Below, piece after piece: positions 1-12,480 of a DNA stretch of 64,000 bases. The translations under genes and the position numbers were made by a program. This DNA is from Octopus sinensis (Eukaryota). Location: positions 76,012,001 to 76,076,000 of the forward strand of contig NC_042999.1 in the NCBI RefSeq assembly GCF_006345805.1. The letters are read 5' to 3'. The stretch's first letter is position 1. Every line of letters begins with the position of its first letter. Below the pieces are notes generated by a model that had not been told where the DNA came from, searched no databases, and saw only the letters and a program-made list of their open reading frames with translations.

Positions 1-190
1 CGACCCCGGGACTTATTCTTTGTAAACCCAGTACTTATTCTATCGGTCTCTTTTGCCGAACCGCTAAGTAACGGAGACATAAACACACCAGCATCGGTTG
101 TCAAGCAATGCTAGGGGGACAAACACAGACACACAAACATGCACGCACACACACACACACACATATATATATATTATATATATATATTTA
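1..190 (-). mobile_element. Partial tRNA-derived SINE (family B), 3' body plus internal (CA)n/(TA)n; runs off the left edge
   Basis: 1-140 is the reverse complement of 54485-54625 (GTTTGTGTCTGTGTTTGTCCCCC..GCTTGACAACCGATGCTGGTGTGTTTA..AAAGAGACCGATA.AATAAGTACT..TTACAAAGAATAAGTCC.GGGG). Confidence 0.85.
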
Positions 191-433
191 TATATAGAGG
201 GCATTATTATACATACATGCCACACGCTAAGAGGGACAAAATTAGTCATTTCTACCAAAAATTTTACTAATCCCACCGAATGCAATTTTTCAAAGTAAGA
301 CATTTAAAAATATGGACTTGTATCACCTGTGATTTCATACCTCTGTATTCATCAGCAAGTCTACCCGATAATTTCTTGTTAAGTTTTCCTTATTAAGAAG
401 TTGTCCTTAATTGCTAAATATATATATATATAT

Positions 434-466
<33 letters not shown>

Positions 467-1826
467 ATTTCTATATATATACACTAGTAGGTGAACAAAC
501 GAAAGAAATGGGTACTCGACACATTTAGTAGGAGTTACATAACCATAACACCATATGGCCTTCCGGTACCCGTTAGAGACCGAATCAAACTATTTTAAAT
601 AATACACACACATATACACACTCTCCCTCACACACACACACACACACACATATACATACATACGCACGCACGTACGTAAATTAAAGACACGATATTGTGA
701 AAGCTCTAATGCTAATACTATAAATATTTTGTGTGTGTGGATCTTCCAACACAACGTATATAGAAAGTAGGACTGGTACTTTACAGAGAGCTTACAGTTG
801 CCCAAGAATGAATAATTCCCTCTTATTTCTCTCCTCAATTTAGAGTGTAAACTGATTTATGAAGCCCTGGCAAGAAAAATATCAATATCCAAGCAGTGAA
901 GGAAGCCATATACATACCAGTGAACAAAGTATGTGAATCTGAACCCTTAAGTTACCTTGAGCAGGCCCAAATAATTTGGAATAAAGAGGAAGAAAAGATA
1001 GCGAAGCGCTCGATTGAACTGTCAAATACATCTGGATCAGTTACTTAAGTACTAATACACAAAGTGTTGTTTTGTTTTGCTTTTTTTTTTTAAATTTTTT
1101 ATTTCAAGATGTCTGAACATCTAATGTGGTATATATCATGAGCATTGATGCGGTTTACCACCGTTGAAGCTCTTGTGAACTCAAATCTATAGAAGATGGA
1201 GCAATATTATGGGACAACTAAATGCTACTACTTATACCATATATCACCGTTTATTGTGTATAAAATAGCATTATAAAAATAACAGAATGTATTGATATTT
1301 GTTGATTCTGAAAAGCGTCAGACAAAATACTCAGCTGTATTAAGTTACAAGTTACGTTTTGAATTCTGGAGTCGACTTTGCCTTTTATGCATTCTGTAGT
1401 GTATAAAATAATCAACAAACAATTACTGGGATCGATAGGAATCAACTACACACAGTTCCTGCTCCCACCACTTCCCCTTCCTTTAAAATGGGCTGATCTC
1501 TTGCCTGTAGTAGAGAACAGTATTATAATATCAGATGAGTGGGCGTGGAGATGAAATTGTTGGCATATAAAGAAAAAACCTGAAGCAAAAATGTGGATAT
1601 AATTCTTTTGTGTTCACTTTTCTTTTACATTTATTTTCTGCAAATAATCAAATAAATGGTAACAGTGAGTATGATAAAGTAGATGATAACTTTATGCGGA
1701 AACCGGATATATGAATATGATCAGATTTGGAACCAAATATAGTCAAATGAATTTCATCCGCCACATACACTTACGTACAAACAATCATATACATATCCAA
1801 CTATAAATAAATACATACTCATATAT

Positions 1827-1898
<72 letters not shown>

Positions 1899-1958
1899 AT
1901 ATATATATATATATAATATACACATATATAGACAACATATACATAGATATACATACAC

Positions 1959-1998
<40 letters not shown>

Positions 1999-3711
1999 TG
2001 TTCTATCTCTCTTCCTATGTGTGTGTATATGTATGTATTTGAACGTTTAGTCTTTAACATCGCGTATATCAAATGAAATACTAAGAAGATGCGGGTCGCC
2101 AGTAAAAGTTAATGAATCAAGCTTTGTCTCTTTCTAACTCTATATATCTCAATATTTCACCATATCTCTCTATGCCTCTCTTTGTTGCGCTTTTTTTTCT
2201 TTTACTCTTTCCTTATCTATACTTTCTATATCTGCATTACTCAGTGTAATTACAATAAAGCAAACAGACAAAGCGAGCTGAGTGACACATTCCAAATTTA
2301 GAAGTGGTGGGGAGAAAGACAATTACTACAGCAATATAATTTTCCGCTATTGTAACGGTGATATATTATCTTCAATCTCAGTTTCGTCATGTTTGTATGT
2401 ATGCTTGAATATGAATATAAACATATATATACATATATGCGTATGTACGTATCTATGTATTATATACTTGAATGTATATATCGAGAAAGAGAGAGGGGGT
2501 AGAGAGAGAAAGAAAAATGAGGGAAAGAGAGAAATAGTAAGGGGAAGTAAAAAAGAAAAGTAATTAGAAATGATGCTGAAATTCTTCGTTGATGCTACTC
2601 CGAATTATGCGAGTATTTCCGCTAATCACACAAAGATATGCTTAAAACTTTGATGGAACTAATACAGTAAACTCAACTGAATACACACATACACACACAA
2701 ACGCACACAAATATTCGTCCATGTATAAATGAATATATACATGAATACATACAATTATGTGTTTGCATGCAAACACACACATACATATATATTCATGGTC
2801 ATAAGTAAATATGGCCTATGTACACTCGTGATAATGTGTGTGTATGTATGTATGTGTGTGTATGCGCGCGCGTGTGTGTGTGTGTGTGTGTGTATGTGTT
2901 TCTGTGTAAGCCTATGTGAGAGAGAAGAAAATACAAAAAATTGAAAATAAGCTTGAAGTCCTTAAGATATTTTATTTATATTTACATTACCGGTTTGACA
3001 ATTTCATATCTTTTCAGGCGTTGTGAATCAAATACTTTTGATAATAATCTTCTTCATAGTTATTCTTTGTCTCTGTGTGTGTGTGTGTGTGTATGTGTGT
3101 GTGTGTGTGTGTACACGTGTTATCCTGACTAAACAACCCATCTACTCATTCACGCTGCCAAACACTCACATGCATTGGCTGAATCAAGATGTCGAACAGA
3201 ACTTCTTTGCGTTGTATGTTCAAAGTCGTCTGACACCATCTTTTCTTATTATCTTTACGACATCCTTAAATGAAGAACTAGTCAAGTGCTGAGGTCAATA
3301 TAATCTAGTAAATAAGTCCCCACATATCTCTGACCTTGTGCCTATACCAAAATTTATTAGGAATTGAAGATTCTTCAAACTAATTATAAACAAACATATG
3401 CGCGCACATATCTATATATGCTTCTCACAGAATTTATATGTTTTCATCTGTACTCAAATATGTGAGTTGCTTTGTCCTTAGCCTAAGACATATAAAATAG
3501 TTGATATAAGTGAACATTCCACAGTAAATATTGCATAAATACATACATCTGAGTATTTAGGCTGGCTACAGGAACCGTTACAAGTTTCTATAACGTGCCC
3601 TTAAAACTCAAAGTCGCATAGGGCCAAATCAAACCGTTTTAAATAATAATATAACTCCTACTAAATGTGTTGAGTTCCTCTTTCTTTAGTTTGTGCACTC
3701 ACTTGTATAAA

Positions 3712-3895
3712 TATTTCTTTACTGCCCACAAGGGGATAAACATAGAGGGGACAAACAAGGACAGACAAAGGGATTAAGTCGATTACATCGACCCCAGTGC
3801 GAAACTGGTACTTTATTTATCGACCCCGAAAGGATAAAAGGCACAGTCGACCTCGGCGGAATTTGAACTTAGAACGTAACGACAGACGAAATACC
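3712..3895 (-). mobile_element. Stand-alone 184-bp SINE module (B-box core + Tx1-like tail, no A-box head)
   Basis: Minus strand reads GGTATTTCGTCTG...AAGTTCAAATTCC...CCCCTTGTGGGCAGTAAAGAAATA; same ends and length as the array units at 26194, 26378, 35187 and 51226. Possible degenerate TSD ACTCACTTGTATA (3697-3709) / ACCCACTCGTATA (3893-3905), 11/13 identical. Confidence 0.85.
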
Positions 3896-3901
3896 CACTC
3901 G

Positions 3902-3933
<32 letters not shown>

Positions 3934-3957
3934 CGCGTGTGCATGAGTTTTGTGTAT

Positions 3958-3971
3958 GCATGTGCTTGTGT
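3958..3971 (+). repeat. Left copy of the 14-bp target-site duplication (right copy 9040-9053)
   Basis: GCATGTGCTTGTGT is identical on both sides; the reconstructed empty site is a degenerate TG-rich microsatellite. Confidence 0.9.
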
Positions 3972-4013
3972 CCTTTGGATTTACCAAAGGCTTGTTAAAG
4001 CCATTTGTTCAAG

Positions 4014-5392
4014 ATGGAGTCCCCCATCTCTTATTCGCCCGTGACGAGCGAGGATGAATACCCGGCGTTGTCGCCAAGTAAAAAAGAGGCGTTGTCGCCA
4101 AGAAAAAAAGAAGCGTTGTCGCCGAAGAAAAAAGAGGCGGCGTCGCCCAAGAAAATGGAAAAACCAGTACCAGCATCAACTCCAGCAAAAAAATTCGCTG
4201 AAGTGGCTGGGAAAAAGATCAAAAAAATAAATATAGAAAATTTAAAAACATTTGCAGACTGTGTAAAAAAAGAAGGCACAGAAGTGACTGTGGCCACAAA
4301 CATACAAATACATGACGATATAGAAAAAAAAAGAATAATATATAAAACTTACGACACAACGAAAAAAATGATCCAAAAAATTGAAGAAAAAAAAATAGAG
4401 TCTTGTCTAAAACCTTTTATGGATAAAATAACGTATATAAACAGAGGAAAAAGATACGGCACAGTGGAGGTGCGTTTTACTACGGAGGAGATAGCGAAGA
4501 AACTATCGATGGAGCCAATCAAAGCGGAAAACATTGTCTTACTACCATTGTATAAAGGAAAAAGGACGTCGAAAATTTCAATGAACAACATACCGCCAGA
4601 GGCAGATGCTGAATGTCTGGTGGCAGCAGTGATGGTAGGTCTGGAGGAAAAAATAAACATCCTCCAGGCCACAGTGGAGGAAGAGGAGTTCTGGAAAGGG
4701 CAGAAAATAGTGATAGCCATTCAGGCGGAGGTGCAAACACTGGAAGAAATTCCAGAAACGGTAAAGATTAGTGAAGACGAGAAAATAACAGTTTTCGTGG
4801 AGGGCAGGAAGCCGAGGTGCTTCGGCTGCGGCAAGAAGGGTCATGTAAGGGCGGAATGCCAACCCCAACCCAAACCGCAGGAAGCACCTAAGCCAAAAGA
4901 AAAAGAAGATAATGTGTCACCAGAATCAGCGTCGGACGGCCCAGAAGGAAGACTGAAGGTGTGGAGGTGACGGTGACAGCAGAACCAGCGGCGGAGGAAA
5001 AAAAGAGCGAGGAAAAGATAAATGAGGAGGGGTGGGCAAAAATTACCGGAAGGAAAAAAAGAAAAACGGAAACCACCCCTCCCAGAGTAATTTTAAAAAA
5101 GAAAAAAGAGTCAATGAACTCATATATGGCCGTAAAGGCAGCAAATAGCAGACTCGGAAACGTGTTGGCAGCCATGGCCAAAGTGGAGAAAGTAGTGAAA
5201 AAAAACGACTTTGTAATTTACAGAATAGGCCGGAAGGATTACGGGCGGATAAAGTCAGAATTCTTCCATGACGTAGGCCCACTTAGATTGGATGTGACAT
5301 CTCCACATATATTCGAGGGCCTACGTCAGACTCCCCCACGAGGCCCAGAAAAAGAGTTAGAAGAACAAGAAAAAACCGAACCACTGATATAA
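4014..5392 (+). CDS. Tx1 ORF1 (gag-like nucleic-acid-binding protein), one -1 frameshift near 4950
   Basis: ATG at 4014; CX2CX4HX4C knuckle CFGCGKKGHVRAEC; N-terminal 8-aa SPxKKE repeats; continues in the 4961-5392 frame after a 1-nt deletion at GGAAGACTG. Confidence 0.85.
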
Positions 5393-5400
5393 GGTAAGTA

Positions 5401-8400
5401 ATGGATTACATTTATGTTGGTTGTTTGAATGTGCGCGGCCTGGGAGCAGACTGGAAGCAAGGTCGCTTCCTGCATGATATCAGGTCGCGTAATTTAGATG
5501 TTATTGTTGCTACAGAAACCCGGTTAGAGGGGCCAAGAGGTCTACTCCCGCTGTTTGACGGCTACGAGAGTTTTTTCTCTCCTGGCAGTCCTACAGGCGG
5601 GAGTGGGGTGTTGGTCCTATTAAAAAGAAACCGGGTTTCTGGGAAAAAGTTAATTTTTGCAGATCCAGAAGGTAGGCTGGTCGTCATGGATTTGACGTTC
5701 AGTAACGGTAAAGTTATCAGACTGGTTGCAATTTACGCACCCAACCATACAGGGCAAAGTGATTATTTTCGTGAACTAGAAAACTTTCTTGGTACTTCGC
5801 ATTCATTAGTGGTGCTAGGAGACTTTAACACAATTTGCAAAGCGGATGTAGATTATGTTGGCTCGTGTCCAGATAGAAAAGGCAACAGTGGCTTCATGGA
5901 ACTGCTAAGCCGCTTTGAGCTAGCAGATCCTTATAGGCTGGAATTTCCGAACGCTCCATTGTGGACATGGTCAAACAGCGACGGATCTTCCAGGTCATAT
6001 TTAGATAGAATACTAATTAGAAAAGTAGACAGTAAAATAGCTAAGTGTCCACAGTTTTACCCGATCAGCTACAGTGATCATAAAATGGTCACTTGTAAGC
6101 TTGACATAGATAAGGTTAAAAATAGAGGATCCGGGTACTGGAAACTTAATACGTCCCTTTTGGCGATTAAGGAGTACAAAGACCGGATTAGGAATATAAT
6201 TCAGAGGGCACTATCTGGTACCATCATTAATAACAAATGGTGGTACGCCCTCAAACGAGCCATCAAGTTTGAGTCTATTAGATATAGCATACGAGTAGTG
6301 GCTAGAGAGGCTAGAAGGGAAACTACTCTAGTTAAGGAATTAGAGGAAGCCATGAAAACTGGCTCTGCGGCTCAGGTGGCGTCCAAGAGACTGGTGTTAA
6401 ACCAGCACCTCGAGGCCAAACACATGGGCTGCATTGTCAGGGCTAGAATCCGCCATATGGGATGTGAAGGAATCAACGCCGTGAGATGGGCCCGAGTGGT
6501 GGAAGCTCGGCATGGTAACGATGCCACGATTCGATCTTTGACGAACCAACAAGGTGAGTTGATAAACGAACCCGAGGAGATGTGTGAGGCCTTTCAGGAG
6601 CACTTCGCTCAGCTTTTCGGTGAGTGCGGCGAACTGGATAGGAGGAGGGCCTTTACGGACCTACTCGACGGGCTGCCGCGCTTATCGGGGCGAGATGCGG
6701 AGGGCTGTGAAGGGCCAATCACGCCTGAGGAGGTGGTTGAGGCAATGGCGGACTGCGGCGCGGGCAAGGCGCCGGGTTTGGATGGTCTACCCTATGAGTT
6801 ATATAAGAGTATGCCAGACTTGTTCGGGCACCTACTGGCGGAGGTCTATGCGAACTGGCAGCAGAACGGGCTTATACCCAGATCTGTGCGCCGGGGAGTA
6901 GTGACTCTCGTCAGAAAGGACCCGAACACAGGGGGAGTGCATTGATAATTTCAGGCCCATCACTCTACTAAACACAGAGTTGAAGATTTTGGCCAAAGTG
7001 TTATCGAAAAGATTGGCGCGTGTCGCGGATGGTCTGATCGGAGAGGCACAGACATGTGCCGTTCCGGGCAGATCCATTCAGGATAATCTCCATCTAATGC
7101 GGTACACTATAGAGGGGTTAATAGTGATTCTGGCAAGGGTGGGGCACTGGTCCATTTAGACCAATCTAAAGCTTTTGATAGGGTCGACCATCGTTACCTG
7201 GTATCTGCCCTGGCACAGTTCGGGCTGAGCCTTGGCTTCCTCAGGTGGATTATCCAAATTTATGATAACATCGACTCGGTAGTTCGGGTGAACGGCTTCT
7301 TGTCGAAGCCGTTCAAAATCAAACGCTCGGTTCGTCAAGGGTGTCCGCTCTCCCCGCTTTTGTACGTGATGGCTCTTGAGCCATTACTGCGAAAACTGAG
7401 CGGCATCCCGAGACAGCCAGGTAATGGAAAATCAGTGTCAGCGTACGCGGATGACATCACCATCATCGTAACCGAAATGGACCACCTATGTAAAGTAGGC
7501 AAGGCCATAGAGGTGTACGAGACGGTGACAGGAGCAAAAGTTAATCGCGAAAAGTCAGTCGGCTTGCAACTCGGCACCTGGAGAGGCAAGTCGATGCCTC
7601 CTGACAGCGTCGTGGGACGTTGGACGGAGGGTCCGATTAAACTGCTAGGAGTCTGGTTCGGTCCAGACCTCCAAATAGAGAAGAATTGGGGCGAGGTAAC
7701 GAGCAAGGTGGCTGCAGTAGCCAAGACCTGGTCTTGGCGGTGGCTATCCCTGAAAGGGAGGGCGGAGGTGGCCAATGTGTTTATCGCATCGGTTATCACC
7801 TACCGCCTTTCCGTCGTTCCTTGCCCTGATTCGTGGTTGATCAAGTTGGAAAGACAGCTCTTCTACTTCTTGTGGAAGGGCGGGAAACCACTTGTGAAAC
7901 GCTCTACTTGCTGTCAACAACCGTTAAAGGGTGGGCTAGGGATGCCTTGGCTGATGATGCGCAGACATGCGCTGAGGTTAAGACATCTGTGGCTCTACCT
8001 GGATGGTGAACGGGTGTGGTCTTCGCTAGCAAAACTGATGTTTCCCAAGTTCACTAGTTTCGGTGGATGGGAAACCTGGCTGAATCGTAGATCGAAACTT
8101 GGTACTTGGTACACGGAGTGTCGCAAGGCTCTCCTGCTATTCCGTCGCTCGGGCAACGCCTGCGGTGGGGGTTCCACCACATTCTTCTATAGAGGGTTGG
8201 TAGAGGCGGAATGTGAAGATACCTTGGGGGAAACCCTAGGTCTCGACGATAATCAGCTGGCCAGTCTGTTCCGACGTACGTTCGAGCCGAGGACACTGGA
8301 CAACTTCCAGAAGTCTCTGGCATGGCAATGCTACAGAGGAGCTCTACCTGTTCGGGATAAACTCGCAAGGCACGGTGGCCAAGACAGTCCGATATGTCCA

Positions 8401-8793
8401 AGATGCGGGCGGGATAGGAAACCGTCCCGCACGCTATTGTTCATTGTCCGACGTGTCTGAGGTGTGGTTTATGCCGAACACCTGTTGTCAGGTACACGAA
8501 GAGTACAGCTGTCGACTGAGTCGATTACAAAAATTGACCCACCGGATTTCCTCGTGAATGAAGGTAAGTTTCGTTTTCTCGTTGTAGTAGCAATTGCGAA
8601 AGAGGTGATATGGAAGACGAGAATGAAAGGTGTACAGTCAGGCAAGTTCATCTCCGGCCCTGGTTTGATGAAGTATTTCATCTTTCACCTGAAAAGGAAG
8701 ATAGGGCTGGAGAGAATATGCCTGACTAGGAGAGTGTATGAAGAACGATGGAAGGATGTAGCACGAAAGTTGCGAGTGAAAGATACAGCATAA
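5401..8793 (+). CDS. Tx1 ORF2: AP endonuclease + reverse transcriptase + C-terminal CCHC (~1130 aa once five 1-nt indels are repaired)
   Basis: APE motifs NVRG, TETR, IYAPN, GDFN, YLDRI, SDH; RT motifs KAPGLDG, NFRPITLLN (shifted frame), LDQSKAFDRVDH, QGCPLSP, YADD (7444-7455); C-terminal CPRC..ETVPHAIVHC reconstructed across frames. Confidence 0.92.
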
Positions 8794-11700
8794 ATGTAAT
8801 ACCAAGCGCAACCAAAAGTATCAGTGGGGAGGCGGGGCTCGTGGGGTCCGAGCTAAACCCGCACCCACTCCACCCGTAATATCTTCCGGTCTGTCCCATC
8901 ATTCGATTTCTGTCCATTTATTGTAATTCATGAAAATTTTTAAATTCGATTTATTGTAAAAACCCATTCGTGTGTCTGACCCCATCATCAGATTGTATTG
9001 TCCCGTCTATGTTCGCCCCTTGTGGGTAATAATAAAACAGCATGTGCTTGTGTACGTATGTGCGTGTGTTTTTTTGTGTTTGTGTGTTATAAAGCAGATC
9101 TTCATGTTCATGCCATCATCGTCATCATCATCATCATCATCACTATCATCCGAAGCAGCAGCAATAACACAAAGGCGTTCAATAAGCAGAGTTAGTGAAC
9201 TGCCAATATTAACTTCATTGTTCATCCCTATCAGTTGGATAATTAGATTTTAACGATCACATACTAGGAAAAATTAACTTAACAATCTTCCCTATTCCCG
9301 AATTTTCGTTCTTTTAACATTACTACCACTACTGCTGTGGTTACCATCGTAGTGTATGTGTTTGTTCTCGGTAATTCATAACCGAGTCTCGCTTTCAATG
9401 CTCAGCTGAAGCGACAATTATTTTACTTGATGACAGTGAGAAACCATATATGAAATATAACGTCTTTGAGACTATTCAAATATATTGTAACATGTTTCTA
9501 CAGTCATTGTCCTCATAACACAAACATAGTGTTGTGTTTTTGTGATTGGCATTTTGAAGGAAAAGTTATCAGAGAATTAGTTATGTAGCGTTTTAGGACA
9601 TTTCGAATATGATTGCTATCCAGAAATTTGAGACACTATGTTTTCGGTGAAACGGATATTTAATCTGGCTTCAATTCTAATTTGTTACATTTTTCTCTTT
9701 CGGTGCTCATAAAATCCGAATTCCATTGTTTTACGAATCTGAGACACAATGGTAATATAAGAAATAAAATCGTTTTATTCTATTTCCTTGAGATTTAAAC
9801 TAAAGTAATATTCGGTACAAGAGATAAAGCTGGTCGAGATAAAATTGCATTATGCGTGCGGATCAAAATGTCATCTCCTAACAATACTTAACTTTTAATC
9901 ACACATTCCAGCTATCTATTTAATACATATAATACAGGACTATAGTTATATCCTATAACCTGTACGACACTATAAATATATAGACGACTGAATGGACTAA
10001 ATATATTATTAGTAGTTATCTCACTGGTATGTTGCTGATAATTTTGCAATTCTGACGGGAAAGAAATGATTTGAAGTTTTAATCCCAAAAATAAAGAAAT
10101 CACTTAATTCAATAAGCAAAGTATTATGTTTCAGTAAAACATAAAAAATTGGTTGATGTTGTCAGCTCGAATGTTTGCAGAGTTATGGCTCTAGAATATG
10201 TATATCAGGAAGTGGGATCCAGAAGATCTTGGTTCAGGGATGGAAGGAGTGAATTTTAGTGTGAATTCTAGGTGTAAATGATAGCAAGGACGACACTAGT
10301 AAGCAAAGAAAGTATACCTAATAAACTCAAGCAAGAGTGGTACACATTTTGCGCTTTCACCTTACAATGCCTCCATAAAATCTTGAAAAGCTCAGAATAT
10401 CATTAACTTAAAGGGAGTCCTAGAGTGGATTAAATGTATTATCAGCGACTTTGTGTAAGTGGAACCCATGACCTAGACTTCGTTATCACAGAACAGTTAG
10501 AATTATTTGTTTTTATTTTACTGTTTGCTTAAATAGGCTTAAAGCTACAAAATTAATCAGTGGCTGGATAAGAGATCGTTTAACTGTCACACTTGTTTTA
10601 ATTGATATATATTTTAGTTAGAAACAGTGGCCTTATGTCCTTTCATGAAAAAGGCAACGTCTTACTCTGTAGCGAACAATATTCAGTTGGAAACGTAATA
10701 CTTTTCCAGTAGAAAATGACGATGAATTTAAGTGGGTCGTCAAATATTATGTAGACAAAAAAAAATAACTCTCATGAAATCCGCTACCTTAAGCATTTTA
10801 CTCCGAAGTTGTGAATGAGTTACTGCATCATCATTGAAGACTTAGTGTACCTTATCTAAAGCAAATTAGGTATTATCTTGTAAAGGAATTCATTTCGCAA
10901 TTACGCTGCTGTATGATCGTCATCACTATGTAAAGCTTTAGGAAAACGCTTCCTAACAAAACCTCGAGTCACCAAACCCTTGTGAATATTTGGTAGACAG
11001 AAACTGTATGGAATGGAGTGCGCCAGTTTTGGGGAAGCAGATTTAATCAAACACTATTTAATACCACCATCTGAATCTTATGTTTCGTTACACCTACTCT
11101 TGCAAGCACTTAAACCAATTTGGGGATAATTTCCTTCCTTCTCAACTTCCTCACACCAGAAGCGGTGGTTCCGATTAAACTTATTTCATAAAATACTTCG
11201 TGAAAAAACTTCTTTCAGGAAATCCTTTTTAAAAAATCAGTCTTGCAAAATCCCTTCTTTTACAGCCCTAAATATAATAAGATGTGCTAAGTCCTATAAG
11301 CCAATGAAACATTGGATAGATCCTATGTACAACTATGTACAATTACTGCAGTTCACTGGCAATCAAACACACAACCGGCCAACTCTCACTTTTTCTTTTG
11401 GCATATTATCAATTTAGTCGTCGAAGTATTTTGGGGAGTGGTGCTTCAGTGGCTAAAACATTTAATATAGATTAATGTAGTTTATGTTGCTATCAATAAT
11501 TCCCAACAGATATGTAGATTTCGTGATTAAACTAAATGTCACAGTGGAATCGACAACCCTGAAAACAAAATCTATATCCTTTGTTAAGTTAACATTAACG
11601 CTTGCTTGATTGTGATTATCAATGATGCATCTGAAATCGATTAGAATTTTGTCAGAGAACGCCTAAACTCTGAATAGATTTCGGAAGTTTCTGAGTTGAT

Positions 11701-12179
11701 GTTGCACGTGTCACATGCTTCTGTAGTCCCATAATAACTCCACCATAAGACGAACCTGCGACTTCTAACTTGTAGTTAGTTGCTTTTTTCACTTCGAGTG
11801 AATATGAAGGTCGATATAGAAAAAAAGTACATCGTTACAATTTCTTTCATTTCAATCATATTGAAACATTTCCATGAGCCATAGCAATTGCGTAAATGAA
11901 AAGGTGTTTAGGGGAAATTATTCTAGATTATTATGATGGTTTTGTTTTAATCTTAGGTTGTCATCTATGACACAAGATCATACCATCTCTCATTGACTAA
12001 TTGTCTTGATTTAGATAAGCAATATTTTTTTAAATACAATTACAGCTCAATCCTCCAATAATGTTCAGTAACAATATATTGTTATAGTGATATATTACCT
12101 TGCAGTTCGAAATCTCATGGGCGTTTAAAGTGGAGTGAAAACAGGCATGTTGTGCTGCAATTATTCCGTTCAATAAAAC

Positions 12180-12480
12180 GACTTACCTCCTGGTCAACCA
12201 GCAGCAATCAATTATGGAATCCTCATCATTTACACATGCCACTAACGCAATTAGCCGTCTTCTCTCTTTGCATTTTCGACCACTACTATAGTTATTTCTG
12301 TTCTTTAACTGGATATCATAGCAGCACATTTGCTGAGGCATTCAAAATTCATACGTCTTTTATGCTCTCTTCGCCCATACCATACTATATCTATCACAAT
12401 CCCAAATTCCATAGTAACTATTATGGACTAACACCATCCTCCCCATTATGTCAATCCTTCGGAATCGTTCATCCAAATAA
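12180..12480 (+). mobile_element. Possible highly degenerate LINE RT C-terminal remnant
   Basis: PLTQLAVFSLCIFDHYY..FCS loosely resembles the PLxxRRxVxSLxxFYxY motif of Jockey/I/CR1-type ORF2; weak. Confidence 0.3.

Larger units (their letters stand above)
3972..9039 (+). mobile_element. Full-length Tx1/L1-clade non-LTR retrotransposon (~5.07 kb)
   Basis: ORF1 with a zinc knuckle, ORF2 with APE-RT-CCHC, 42-nt 5'UTR, ~245-nt 3'UTR, bounded by the identical 14-mer GCATGTGCTTGTGT at 3958-3971 and 9040-9053. Confidence 0.95.

Noticed and set aside
6931-7117. Programmed ribosomal frameshifting in Tx1 ORF2
   Set aside because: Several indels of mixed sign inside conserved RT motifs fit sequencing error or decay better than one programmed event.
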